From a virus: a DNA stretch of 40,644 nt. The stretch lies in UHGV virus genome UHGV-0202126. One strand, given 5' to 3'. Under the pieces are notes generated by a model. That model was not told the DNA's origin, did not search any database, and was given only the letters and a program-made list of their open reading frames with translations. A program made the translations under genes and the position numbers. Shown one piece after another: positions 8,544 to 18,800 of the stretch; the stretch's first letter is position 1, and each line of letters starts with the position of its first letter.

Positions 8544-10073
8544 GTGGATAAAGGAGTTACTTTTTTACGTGATCATCGGTATCACAAAAATGCAAATGCA
8601 GTGTTTAGGATGTCACAAGAAGATTTCGAAGCTTCCGATTTCGAAAGTGAAAAATGGATTCTTAAATTAGAAAAGTTTATCAATCGACATCGAACGGAAC
8701 AGCTACCTAGATTGCAAGAATTGAAACGGTACTACCTAGCAGATAACAATATTAAGTATCGACCTGCTAAGACAGATGAATTCGCTGCAGACAATCGAAT
8801 TGCGAGTGATTTCTCGAGATATATTACCATTTTTGAACAAGGGTATATGTTAGGGCAACCCGTTCAGTACAAAAACGAAAACGACGAGTTGCAGCAACAG
8901 ATTGACGAGTTTAACAAGCGCAATAACGAAACCTATCATAATGTTTTAATAAAAACGGATTTGTCCATCTATGGGCGAGCGTATGAGCTTGCAACTGTTG
9001 GGTTGGACGAAAAGCAAGCATTTGTAAAAATAGTGAAATTGGACCCTGAGAAGACATTTGTTGTATATGACGATACAACAGACAATAATTCACTATTTGG
9101 CGTTTATTACTACACAATTGATTATGGGAATGGAGAAAGGAAAGATTTCGTTAACGTCTACACCAGCGACATGGTTTATATCTATCTGAATGATAATCAG
9201 GAAGAACGCGGCCTGCACTTAGACGACTACGATGATTATGCTTTTGACGGAGTGCCAATCAACGAATACGCAAATAATGAAGATCGAACAGGAGCTTACG
9301 AGCCTGTTTTAGATGCCATAGACGCTTATGATCTATCACAATCAGAACTGGCAAACTTTCAACAAGATAGTATGGATGCGATTTTAATGATCACTGGCAA
9401 TCCTTACACAGGAACTGCGAAAAACGACCTAGACGAAGAAGGAAACATTGTTCCTAATTCGCGCTTGGCCGTTTCTTTGGCATTTAAACGAGCTCGAATC
9501 ATGATTATGGATGATAATCCTAATCCTAATGGTTCGACACCAGATGCGAAGTATCTAGTTAAGGAATATGATGCAGCTGGATCGGAAACCTATAAGCAAC
9601 GCTTAGTCGATGATATCTTACGTTTTACATTCACGCCAGATACGTTGGATACCAATTTTAGCGGGACGCAATCTGGTGAAGCAATGAAATATAAACTCAT
9701 GGCTGCTGACAATAGGCGAGTGATGCAACAAAGATTATTTGAAAAGGGATTGATGAGACGCCTACGCTTAGCAGTCAATATTTGGCGAGTTAAAGGGAAT
9801 GAATCGACGGCGTATGAAGATATCAACGACACGAATATTATCTTTACCGCTAATGTTCCTAAATCTGATAACGAAATTGTTTCTTTAGCTAGCCAATTGT
9901 ACGGAACAGTATCTGATGAAACTCTATTCGAGATTCTAAACACAGTAACTGGTATTGATCCAGAAGTGGAGTTAGATCGGATCAAAAAAGAGTCCGCCAA
10001 AGAATCAGATCCAAGGCGTCCGAGTGAAATCGATAAGAATGCTAAGGATAAAGAAAAACAGTTTGGAGAGTGA
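8544..10073 (+). CDS. portal protein (SPP1 gp6-like)
   Basis: 509 aa. Position after terL. Acidic C-terminus. Confidence 0.75.
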   Translation: MDKGVTFLRDHRYHKNANAVFRMSQEDFEASDFESEKWILKLEKFINRHRTEQLPRLQELKRYYLADNNIKYRPAKTDEFAADNRIASDFSRYITIFEQGYMLGQPVQYKNENDELQQQIDEFNKRNNETYHNVLIKTDLSIYGRAYELATVGLDEKQAFVKIVKLDPEKTFVVYDDTTDNNSLFGVYYYTIDYGNGERKDFVNVYTSDMVYIYLNDNQEERGLHLDDYDDYAFDGVPINEYANNEDRTGAYEPVLDAIDAYDLSQSELANFQQDSMDAILMITGNPYTGTAKNDLDEEGNIVPNSRLAVSLAFKRARIMIMDDNPNPNGSTPDAKYLVKEYDAAGSETYKQRLVDDILRFTFTPDTLDTNFSGTQSGEAMKYKLMAADNRRVMQQRLFEKGLMRRLRLAVNIWRVKGNESTAYEDINDTNIIFTANVPKSDNEIVSLASQLYGTVSDETLFEILNTVTGIDPEVELDRIKKESAKESDPRRPSEIDKNAKDKEKQFGE

Positions 10074-10077
10074 TTGA

Positions 10078-10980
10078 ATGAGAAGCTCCCAAGCATACTG
10101 GAAAAAGCGCATGGACGAAATCTTTGTATATGTTGATCAAACAGATCTTGATTTCTTTGATGAATTACAAACCATCTACACAGAAAGTCGCCAAAACATC
10201 CAGAAAGAGATTTATGCTTTTTATGCTCAATATGCTAAAGAGAATAAAATCACTTTACAGGAAGCGAAAAAACGGCTAATACGAGAAGATTTGTCTGATT
10301 ATCGTGAGAATGCAAAGAAGTATTTTAAACAATTCGAAAAAGACCCTGAGTTGCTGAAGCGATTAAACGAACAATATGCTGCTGGGAAGGTCACACGATT
10401 AGAAGCGTTGCAGTTTGACCTAGCTTATCAGTTAGGGAAAATGTCTGATAAATTGCATAAATCATTTGAGTCTTATCTAAAAGAAGTAGGGAAATATGCT
10501 TATCGCAAAATCAATTTTGGTAATTCTGCCAGCACGTTAAATGGGCCAACTTTACAACAATTAGTAGAAACTCCGTTTAACGGAAAGAATTATTCTCAGA
10601 GTATATGGGGCAACGTTGATGATTTGGCTAAAGATTTGAAAGATGTTTTGATCAAAGGATTCATTCGAGGGTTAGGACCTGCCGATATTGCTCGTGAATT
10701 ACGAAAAAAGTACAACGTTGCTAGAAGCAGAGCTGAAGCAATCGTTCGAACGGATGGAACAAATATCATCAATAATAGCGCAGTCAAAAGGTATCAAGAA
10801 GCTGGATTAACTGAATACGAATATCTGGCTCATATCGACAATCGAACCACAGAGATATGCAAGGGACTGAATGGTGAAGTATTTAAGATTAAAGATTACC
10901 AACCAGGAACTAATGCGCCACCTATGCATGTAAATTGCAGAAGTACGATTGTGCCGACAGATAACGAGTTAGGATTATAG
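10078..10980 (+). CDS. minor head / head morphogenesis protein (Phage_Mu_F / SPP1 gp7-like)
   Basis: 300 aa directly after the portal gene. The C-terminal ...TTEICKGLNGEVFKIKD...PPMHVNCRSTIV is typical of the MuF domain. Confidence 0.65.
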   Translation: MRSSQAYWKKRMDEIFVYVDQTDLDFFDELQTIYTESRQNIQKEIYAFYAQYAKENKITLQEAKKRLIREDLSDYRENAKKYFKQFEKDPELLKRLNEQYAAGKVTRLEALQFDLAYQLGKMSDKLHKSFESYLKEVGKYAYRKINFGNSASTLNGPTLQQLVETPFNGKNYSQSIWGNVDDLAKDLKDVLIKGFIRGLGPADIARELRKKYNVARSRAEAIVRTDGTNIINNSAVKRYQEAGLTEYEYLAHIDNRTTEICKGLNGEVFKIKDYQPGTNAPPMHVNCRSTIVPTDNELGL

Positions 10981-10993
10981 AGGAGTGAATATT

Positions 10994-11101
10994 TTGATTG
11001 TTAAAGCTATTTGCGTATTGGTAGGGATGCCACTTTTGGCGCTATCGCTTTTTATCACAATAGGAATAATTAAAGAAACGGTCAAATATCTAAGAAAGTG
11101 A
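10994..11101 (+). CDS. 35-aa hydrophobic peptide (TTG start)
   Basis: RBS GAGGAG 8 nt upstream. Single TM helix AICVLVGMPLLALSLFITIGII. Below the ORF-track cut-off. Confidence 0.3.
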   Translation: MIVKAICVLVGMPLLALSLFITIGIIKETVKYLRK

Positions 11102-11106
11102 ATCAG

Positions 11107-11135
11107 CGTAGCTTTTGCTAGGCTTTTTTATTTTG
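11107..11135 (+). terminator. terminator-like hairpin + T-run
   Basis: GCGTAGC-TTTT-GCTAGGC (one mismatch) followed by TTTTTTATTTTG. Confidence 0.4.
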
Positions 11136-11212
11136 TCCAAGCGTGATGACATTAAAAGCATCGGAAGTGTAAGCATTGATCCACGTTAAAAGCTATGGAA
11201 GGAGTAACAACT

Positions 11213-11833
11213 ATGTTTAAAAAACAATTATTGCCAATGCATCTACAATTTTTCGCTGAACCTGGTGACGATGATACTCCACCGGCCGAGGAGCAAACAC
11301 CTGAATTTGATGCGGAAAATTTAACTGATGAACAGTTGGCAGCCATCAAAGAAAAATTTGGATTTAAGGATAATGACGAGATCGACACCATTGTCAAAGG
11401 CAAAAAATCAAAATGGCAGAAAGAACTTGAACAGGAAAAAAACGAGGCGGCTCGACTTGCTAAGCTTTCCGAATCTGAACGTCAAAAAGCATTGATACAG
11501 AAAGAAAAAGATGACTTCGAGAAAGAAAAAGCTGAGTTTCGCAAAGAACAGTTATTTGTCGAAAAAGGAAAACAACTCACTGCAAATGGGATGCCTGCGG
11601 ATTTCGCTACGCGTGTTACTGGTGAAACAGCTGAAGAAATCCTAGAAGACGTAAAAGCGTTACGCGAAGAATGGGATAGAGCAGTAGAAGCCAAAGTGAA
11701 TGAACGGCTTGCTTCGAAATCAAAAACACGTGTAGGAACAGGGGCCGGGCAAATGACTAAAGCTGAAATCATGGCAATCAAGGATTCTAAAGAACGTCAG
11801 CGAATGATTGCCGAAAACAGAGATTTATTTTAG
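11213..11833 (+). CDS. scaffolding protein
   Basis: RBS GGAAGGAG 8 nt upstream of ATG 11213. Highly charged coiled-coil protein between the MuF and capsid genes. N-terminal MHLQFFA motif. Confidence 0.7.
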   Translation: MFKKQLLPMHLQFFAEPGDDDTPPAEEQTPEFDAENLTDEQLAAIKEKFGFKDNDEIDTIVKGKKSKWQKELEQEKNEAARLAKLSESERQKALIQKEKDDFEKEKAEFRKEQLFVEKGKQLTANGMPADFATRVTGETAEEILEDVKALREEWDRAVEAKVNERLASKSKTRVGTGAGQMTKAEIMAIKDSKERQRMIAENRDLF

Positions 11834-11844
11834 GAGGAAGACAC

Positions 11845-12801
11845 ATGAAAAATATGTCGAAAACGAATAAAGACAAATTATTAAAAATGGATTTACAAAT
11901 GTTTGCTGCAGAAACAGACTTAACAAAAATGGACGATCTAGGAGAAATTAAGTCCATTGATTTCGTTAACCGTTTTGAAGCAGGAATCAGAGAATTACTT
12001 ACTTTACTAGGTGTAACTCGTCTAGAAGCGTTGTCACAAGATATGAAGATCCAAATGTACAAATGGACAGCAACGTTAAAAGATGGAGCTGTCAGTGAAG
12101 GAGAAGATATTCCGCTATCTAAAGTTACTCGTGCTAAAGATAAATCTTTCCAAGTGACTTTTAACAAATGGCGTCGTGCTGTTTCAGCAGAATCAATTGC
12201 TCGTCATGGGGCTTCATTGGCTATCGATCAAGCGGACAACAAATTGTTGCGTCAAATTCAAGGAGGAATCAAAACGAAATTTGTTGATTTCTTAGGAACT
12301 GCGCCAACTAAAATTAATGCAGAAGGGTTACAAAAAGCTTTAGCCCAATCTTGGGGAAAATTGAGTACTTTTGAAGAGTTTGATGGTGCTGAATTCGTTT
12401 CATTTATCAACCCAATGGATGCAGCAACTTATCTAGGAGATACAAAAGTTTTGGCTGATGCTTCGAATGTGTTTGGCATGACTTTGCTTAAAAACTTTCT
12501 AGGAGCTAACAATGTAGTTGTGTTAAACGCAGTTCCAGAAGGAAAGGTTTATTCTACTGCTGTTGATAACATCGTTTTAGCCTACTTAGACATGAAAGCC
12601 TCTGATTTAGGAGATATCTTTGTAGACTTTACTGACGAAACAGGGTTTATCTCTGCAACTCGTGGACGTACATTGCGTAATGCGACTTACGAATCATTGT
12701 TCATGAATGCATTGGTGTTATTCCCTGAAATTCCAGCAGGCGTTGTTGAAGCAACAATTACAACGGAACCTGTAACACCGCCAGTTAGTAGTGGCGAATA
12801 A
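11845..12801 (+). CDS. major capsid protein
   Basis: 318 aa directly after the scaffold gene. RBS AGGAGGAAG. N-terminal MDLQMFAA motif. Confidence 0.75.
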   Translation: MKNMSKTNKDKLLKMDLQMFAAETDLTKMDDLGEIKSIDFVNRFEAGIRELLTLLGVTRLEALSQDMKIQMYKWTATLKDGAVSEGEDIPLSKVTRAKDKSFQVTFNKWRRAVSAESIARHGASLAIDQADNKLLRQIQGGIKTKFVDFLGTAPTKINAEGLQKALAQSWGKLSTFEEFDGAEFVSFINPMDAATYLGDTKVLADASNVFGMTLLKNFLGANNVVVLNAVPEGKVYSTAVDNIVLAYLDMKASDLGDIFVDFTDETGFISATRGRTLRNATYESLFMNALVLFPEIPAGVVEATITTEPVTPPVSSGE

Positions 12802-12817
12802 GAGAGGATGAAGCTTA

Positions 12818-13165
12818 ATGCTAGATGATATTAAGCTATTACTTGGAATCTCTGATATTCTTCAAGATTCGTTGCTAAATCTGCTGATCCAAGATAGCGA
12901 AGAAAGAATTCTCGCTACTATCAATCAATACACTTCTGCGAATGGAACTTCTAAGCTTGATGCTATTCCAGATGAGTTTGAGTACATCAAAAGAGATGTG
13001 ATTTTGAAACGATTTAATAAACTGAATAGCGAAGGCACAACTGCCGACAGCGAAGAAGGGCGGTCCTATTCGTGGGAAAAGAATTACCTTGAAGAGTATC
13101 TTCCGCTTTTTGATGAATACACGAAAACGAAGACAGCCGGAAAAGGGATCGCGAGGTGGATCTAA
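12818..13165 (+). CDS. head-tail connector (gp6-like)
   Basis: 115 aa. MLDDIKLLLGISD...DSLLNLLIQD is typical of Phage_connect_1 proteins. Confidence 0.6.
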   Translation: MLDDIKLLLGISDILQDSLLNLLIQDSEERILATINQYTSANGTSKLDAIPDEFEYIKRDVILKRFNKLNSEGTTADSEEGRSYSWEKNYLEEYLPLFDEYTKTKTAGKGIARWI

Positions 13166-13446
13166 TGAACTATCGATATCGATGTAAGATTACTTCTTCC
13201 GGTACAGTCCCAGGTTATTTAGGCGAAGATGAACAGAAAAATGAATCTGTGATCGTACCTTGCTTAAAAAGTGATCTTTCACTTGATGAACAGATTTCTG
13301 TCTTTGGCAAGTATACGAAATCGGCATTTAAGATTCATCTTCGAGGGACGTGGTACGACATCAGCGAGATTGAATTTGAAGGCATGCGAAGAAATATCTT
13401 CGGATTGAGGCATCATAAGAATTCTACAGTAGTGATCGTCTCATGA
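13156..13446 (+). CDS. head closure / head-tail adaptor protein
   Basis: 96 aa. Called from its position in the connector cluster. Confidence 0.5.
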   Translation: MDLMNYRYRCKITSSGTVPGYLGEDEQKNESVIVPCLKSDLSLDEQISVFGKYTKSAFKIHLRGTWYDISEIEFEGMRRNIFGLRHHKNSTVVIVS

Positions 13447-13787
13447 GTAAGACGGTAAAAATTGTAGGGCTGGATAAGTTTACTCGTGGTGTGATCCAAC
13501 AAAAGAAGAAAATGGAACAAGCAGCGCATCAAGAGGTCATAAAATCCGGTTTACGTGTCGAGAAACGCGCGAAACAACTAGCACCGTTTGATACAGGTTG
13601 GTTAAGTGACAATATTTATGCGTATGAATCAGGAAGGCTTCGAACGATCGTGTCATCTCCTGTTGACTACTCTATCTATGTGGAAGAAGGTACACGATAC
13701 ATGGCCGCTCAACCGTTTCTTTTTCCTGCGGTAAAAGAAGAGTTTCCAAGATTTATTAAAGCAATGACAAAAATAACGAGAGGGTGA
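13443..13787 (+). CDS. HK97 gp10-family protein
   Basis: 114 aa. MSKTVKIVGLDKF...YVEEGTRYMAAQPF is typical of the HK97_gp10 family. Confidence 0.6.
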   Translation: MSKTVKIVGLDKFTRGVIQQKKKMEQAAHQEVIKSGLRVEKRAKQLAPFDTGWLSDNIYAYESGRLRTIVSSPVDYSIYVEEGTRYMAAQPFLFPAVKEEFPRFIKAMTKITRG

Positions 13788-13791
13788 TTCA

Positions 13792-14151
13792 ATGGAACAC
13801 GCTCCGAATACGAGATTTTTAAAAGGAATTTCTGATGGCTTAAGTCAAACAGGAATTCCTATTTATTTTAAGCTCCCTGGCAAAGATGTCATGGAGCCTT
13901 TTTACGTGATAGGAACTCACCTTGACGATGACAGTCCAAGTGCTAAGTTTGGTCCTGCAGTTGTGGATACAGATTTACAGATTGATTTGTTTTACCCGAC
14001 TAACAGCCGTACAGCTGCAGAAGATGCAATTCATCAGACAAAAGCGGCGCTTGGTGTGCGCAAGAAAGTGTCATCTGACTTACGAATCGACGACACAATT
14101 GGGAGAGAAGTCTATCACATAATTTTTAGAATTTCAGATTATATATTTTAG
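13792..14151 (+). CDS. tail completion protein
   Basis: 119 aa, immediately upstream of the major tail protein gene. Confidence 0.5.
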   Translation: MEHAPNTRFLKGISDGLSQTGIPIYFKLPGKDVMEPFYVIGTHLDDDSPSAKFGPAVVDTDLQIDLFYPTNSRTAAEDAIHQTKAALGVRKKVSSDLRIDDTIGREVYHIIFRISDYIF

Positions 14152-14162
14152 GAGGAATATTC

Positions 14163-14789
14163 ATGAAGAAAAATCAATTAATGCAAATGCGCCTACAATA
14201 TTTTGCGGATCCAGTGAATAATGGTGTAACAAAATTTCAAGGCACACCAATTAAAGGGAACCGTGTTTGGTATTTCATCCAAGCAGTATCCGCACCAATC
14301 GGATCACCAGCATTATTACCAGCATTTCAAACGGAAGGGACTACAACTATCGGTGGTGACAACATTGATGAACAAACCAAAATGGGTCGAATCATCCTTA
14401 AATCGACTGATGAACACAGTATTGAATTAACGCAATACTTTGCCCCTGACGATAACTCTATTCAAATTATTGAAGATGCAAAGAAGAACGGGCAATCGGT
14501 CAAAGTGTGGCGTGTCGTAGTTTCAGAAACATTGGGCGAGCCAGAAGGGGAAGAAAGCTTAAAAATCAAAGCATACCCTGCTAAATTTGGCTATGGTATC
14601 CCAGATGAATTGGAATATGACGAGGGCGATGACTTAGTTGAAATTAGCTATACTTTGAATATTATCGGTAAATTACAAGACGGGACCTTCCCTCTTTCTG
14701 ATGAAGATGTTGCCATGATCGAAAGTCTGTATCAGTTCCAACGTCCAGGGGAAACTACTGGTGATTATGATGATATCCAGTCAAAATAG
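14163..14789 (+). CDS. major tail protein
   Basis: 208 aa after the connector genes. Strong RBS AGGAGG. N-terminal MRLQYFAD motif. Followed by the chaperone genes and the tape measure. Confidence 0.7.
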   Translation: MKKNQLMQMRLQYFADPVNNGVTKFQGTPIKGNRVWYFIQAVSAPIGSPALLPAFQTEGTTTIGGDNIDEQTKMGRIILKSTDEHSIELTQYFAPDDNSIQIIEDAKKNGQSVKVWRVVVSETLGEPEGEESLKIKAYPAKFGYGIPDELEYDEGDDLVEISYTLNIIGKLQDGTFPLSDEDVAMIESLYQFQRPGETTGDYDDIQSK

Positions 14790-15049
14790 TAGCCCCAGTC
14801 GTAGGAAATGTCACTCCTAAGGCAGATGGGGCGTCTGTAGAATTGTCACATGAGTTCCTAGATACATTCAAAATCTATAAAAAAGAAGGTTCTGAAGTAT
14901 CTGAAGGGGCTTCTCCATTAGCAATCACAGGATTAGCTCCAGGGACAGAAGTGGTTAAAGGTGATTACGCAGCTGTGGCAGTTGAAGGTGATCGGATTTC
15001 CGAACCTGTTGATATTCCCGCTTTTACAGTCCCAGCAGTAGAAGGTTAG
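14774..15049 (+). CDS. -1-frame C-terminal extension ORF of the major tail protein (putative programmed frameshift product)
   Basis: The -1 frame is open from 14774 to 15049 and overlaps the last 5 codons of the major tail gene. There is no RBS or ATG; the listed ORF starts with TTG at 14843. An A-run (A AAA) lies directly before the TAG. A terminator follows. Confidence 0.4.
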   Translation, partial: YPVKIVAPVVGNVTPKADGASVELSHEFLDTFKIYKKEGSEVSEGASPLAITGLAPGTEVVKGDYAAVAVEGDRISEPVDIPAFTVPAVEG

Positions 15050-15075
15050 TCTAACGGCTAGCCTTTTTATTTTTG
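15045..15075 (+). terminator. rho-independent terminator after the major tail gene
   Basis: GTTAG-TC-TAAC and GGCTAGCC hairpins followed by TTTTTATTTTTG. Confidence 0.55.
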
Positions 15076-15097
15076 TACAAAACAAGGAGGAAACGAA

Positions 15098-15598
15098 ATG
15101 GCATTTACAGTTGAATTAAAAGGAAAACCATTAGAAATAAAATTTGGATATGGCATGTTGTTCAAAGCGAATAAAAAACTAGCCAGCAAAGATAAAAACG
15201 GGAACTCTCAAAACGACGGTGCAGGAATTCTATTTGCACAAGTTCTTGAAGAAGATGATGACGCACTAGTCAATATTATCAAACTCGCCGCAAAAGGTGA
15301 CCCGTCAGAAAACGACGTATTAACTGCCATTGGTGAATACGTTGAAAGATTTGAGGATGAAGAAGAAGGATACGGTAAAATCTTTTCTGATTTGAAAGCA
15401 GAGATGTTGGCTTCAGGTTTTTTCGTGAAGAAACTGAAGAAATATATTGGCAATCTAGAGAAAGCAAGCGAAGCGGTGAAAGGGATGAATCCGACCGAGG
15501 ATATCGAAAATCCCGAAGCTCAATCCAAGGCTATGCAGGAATTGGCGGATCGGATGAAGAAAGAAATCTCATTATCGACTGTGCAAGACAAGGATTAA
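15098..15598 (+). CDS. tail assembly chaperone (gpG-like)
   Basis: 166 aa acidic protein between the major tail and tape measure genes. Confidence 0.65.
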   Translation: MAFTVELKGKPLEIKFGYGMLFKANKKLASKDKNGNSQNDGAGILFAQVLEEDDDALVNIIKLAAKGDPSENDVLTAIGEYVERFEDEEEGYGKIFSDLKAEMLASGFFVKKLKKYIGNLEKASEAVKGMNPTEDIENPEAQSKAMQELADRMKKEISLSTVQDKD

Positions 15599-15888
15599 CA
15601 GACATCGATCTAATTATGAATTGTTATTTGTGGGAACTTGAATCAATCCTTGAAGGTTTAGCGTTAAGGGATATTGATATACAAGAACGACAATCAATTT
15701 TTGCGTTCAATCTTCGATATGTTCTAAATGCAAAAAAACCAAAACTCACAAAAGTTTTCGACAAGAAAAAAGCGGAGAAAAAAATCAGGGATCTATTCTC
15801 AAGAACAAATTCCTCAAACGAGAAACATCAAATGGCGAAACAAGTAAAAACGGTAACAGACTATTTCAAAAATAAGAATTGGAGGTGA
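15418..15888 (+). CDS. tail assembly chaperone, frameshift extension (gpGT-like, -1 frame)
   Basis: The -1 frame is open from 15391 to 15888 and overlaps the 3' part of the G-like gene. Slippery heptamer T_TTT_TTC at 15418-15424 is in the correct phase. The listed ORF 15616..15888 is its distal part. Confidence 0.55.
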   Translation, partial: FFREETEEIYWQSRESKRSGERDESDRGYRKSRSSIQGYAGIGGSDEERNLIIDCARQGLTDIDLIMNCYLWELESILEGLALRDIDIQERQSIFAFNLRYVLNAKKPKLTKVFDKKKAEKKIRDLFSRTNSSNEKHQMAKQVKTVTDYFKNKNWR

Positions 15889-15892
15889 GGGA

Positions 15893-18800
15893 ATGGCTTT
15901 TGATGGATCAATCAATGCAATTATCGGCGCAGATTTATCACAATATAACGATGCTATGAACAAGGTTGTAAACATGACTAATTCTGGCATGAAGGCTGCA
16001 GCTGCTGCAGCGACGAATCACAGCAACTCAATGGTCCAAAAGGTTGGGCAGATTATGAGTAAATTAAGTGCGAATATGCCAACGAACTTGGCCGGCATTG
16101 CCCCAGCAATGACTGCAGTTTTCACAAAAGCAGGTGGTCAGATTCAGCGGGTAATTGCATCTATTGGCGAAAAAATTCCCCAGCCGTTTAAATCGGCATT
16201 CAATCAAGTTGCTAGTATTGCTCAGTCAGGGTACTCGAAAATAAGTAGCGGTTTTTCGAGTGTTCTGAATTCCATTTCTAAATCGGCTAGCGGGCTAGGG
16301 TCATCCGTTAGTAGCGGCTTTGAAAAAATTGCTTCTGTGGCCAATTACACAGCAACAAAAGTTCCGGCACCATTCAAGCAAGCTTTTCAAACAATTGGAT
16401 ACACCGCAAGTACATTAGGCAATTTAACAAATAAAGGATTCTTAGGAATTGCTAGTGTCGCTCAGAATACAAGCAATAAAATTCCTTCAACATTTACTAA
16501 GGCATTCTCTGCAGTAGTATCAAGCGCCAATAATATGGCTAATAAGATCACTGCTCCAATTAATAAAGTTGTTACTACTACTGGGAATTTAGCCACACAG
16601 GTAGGATCGAAGCTAACCAATGCTTTTAGTAATGCTGGTTCTAAAGCGGCCAATGCTTTGAATAGTATTGGTTCCAATACGGATAAAGCTTCCTCAAAAA
16701 CAGCAAGCTTAGTCAAACAAATTGTAGGTGTAGGTGTTGCGTTCGCTGCTTTAAATAAGATCAAAAGTGGCATTACGGATACTGTTTCGAAAGCTGCAGA
16801 GTTTGAGCAAAAGATGAGTAACATCAAAGCAGTAACCGGTGAGAGCTCGGAGACGATGAAGAAATTCAATGATGCGGCAATCAAAGCTGGTGCAGAAACT
16901 GCTTATTCAGCTAGTGAAGCGGCAGATGCCATTGGAGAGCTTTCTAAAGCCGGAGTCTCTACTAAAGATATCTTAAATGGTGGTTTGACAGGCGCTCTAA
17001 ACTTAGCAACCGCAGGAGAACTAGATTTAAAGAGCGCAGCAGAAATAGCATCGACGGCACTGAATGCGTTTAAAAACGACAATCTCACTGTTGTAGATGC
17101 TGCAAATCAATTAGCCGGTGCAGCAAATGCATCAGCGACAGACGTTGGAGAATTGAAATTCGGCTTGTCCATGGTTTCAGCGGTCGCTTCTGGTGTTGGA
17201 TTAAGTTTTAATGATACAACAGATGCTCTTGCAGTATTCGCTCAAAACGGTTTAAAAGGATCAGATGCGGGGACTTCATTGAAGACAATGCTTCAAAACT
17301 TACAACCGCAAACGGATAAAGCACAAGCTAAGATGCAAGAATTAGGCTTGATGACGGAAGAAGGAGCCAATCAGTTCTTTGACGCAAATGGGAAGATTAA
17401 ATCTTTTGCTGATATTTCGCAATTGTTAAAAGACAAATTGTCTGGTCTTACCCAACAGCAGCAACAACAAGCACTTAAAACGATGTTTGGTACTGATGCA
17501 GTCCGTGCAGCTACTATCGCAATGAATGAAGGTGCTGATGGAGCTAATTCTATGCAAGAAGCCATCAGCAAAGTCACGGCGGCAGAAGTTGCAAAAGAGA
17601 AGCTCAACAACCTAAAAGGTGCAATAGAGGGACTAAGCGGATCTTTTGAGACGTTACAGATTAAAGTTGGAACAGCCGTTTTACCATTGTTAACAACATT
17701 AGTACAAGCTGTTGACAAATTCGTTGATAAACTTGGTCAATCTCAAGGGCTTGATAATTTCGTCAATATTTTAGGCCAATTGAATCCGATTTTAGACCAT
17801 TTTGTAAATGGAACCAAATTATCAGGCGATCAATTGATTAAGTACAGAAAAGCAGTTATGGATGTCACGTCAGCAATTAAGCCTTTGATTCCTTTAGCAT
17901 CTGTGGTGGGAGGGGCTTTAGCATTAGACGCTGCACTTCCAGGAATCAAATTGTTAAGCAAGGGTTTTACCAGTTTCTCTGGAATCATCGGCGGAGTAGT
18001 AAGCGGGCCGATGAAACTATTTGAAAGTGGTATTTCAAATTTGATCGGACTTTTTCCAAAAATCGGCGGGAGTTTAGCCGCTTCGTCTGCTGTCGGCATG
18101 AGTGCTTTGAACGGAATGACTACAGCTATGGCAACAATTATGCAAGTAGCTTTAGCCGCTATTGGACCAGCAGCCATTTTAGGGTTAGTAGTAGCAGGAT
18201 TAGGTCTAGTAAATAATCAATTCGGAAAACAAATTGATGAAATGTTAAATACAGTTACAACCAAAGGTCCTGAACTCATCACGAATCTAGTTAATGGTAT
18301 TACTTCCCAGTTGCCACAATTGATGGCCAGTGGGACAGAGTTGATTTCTAAATTTGCTAGTGCAATTTCTACAATGATCCCGGTATTGATTAATGCTGGT
18401 ATGCAGATAGTTGGTACCCTAGTTCAAGGTGTAGGACAAAATGCTCCTTCTCTGATTAGTTCAGCTTTGCAAGTAGTAACATCATTTATTAGCTCTGTCG
18501 CTTCTGCCTTGCCTCAACTAATCAACATGGGGATGCAACTGCTACTGAACTTAGTAAACGGGATTATTCAAAATATTCCACAAATAGTTAGCTCGGTTCA
18601 ACAAATACTCTCTTCCTTCGTCGGATCAATCACTGAGAATTTACCACAAATTATTCAAACAGGTATTCAGATTCTTTTAGGATTGATTGATGGGTTAACT
18701 CAAATGCTCCCACAGTTATTGCCAGTTGCATTAAACGCAATCTTACAATTGATTCAAGGGCTAATGAGTAATATTCCTCAATTAATGCAAGGAGCAGTCC

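Noticed and set aside
13922-14122. Alternative-frame + ORF inside the tail completion gene
   Set aside because: Nested in another frame of a supported CDS. No RBS.
16462-18177. Minus-strand ORFs (16462-16884, 16903-17088, 17371-17718, 17830-18177) antisense to the tape measure gene
   Set aside because: Low-complexity Ala/Ser/Leu-rich translations that mirror the repetitive TMP sequence. No RBS or start context. Typical antisense artefacts of a long repetitive gene.
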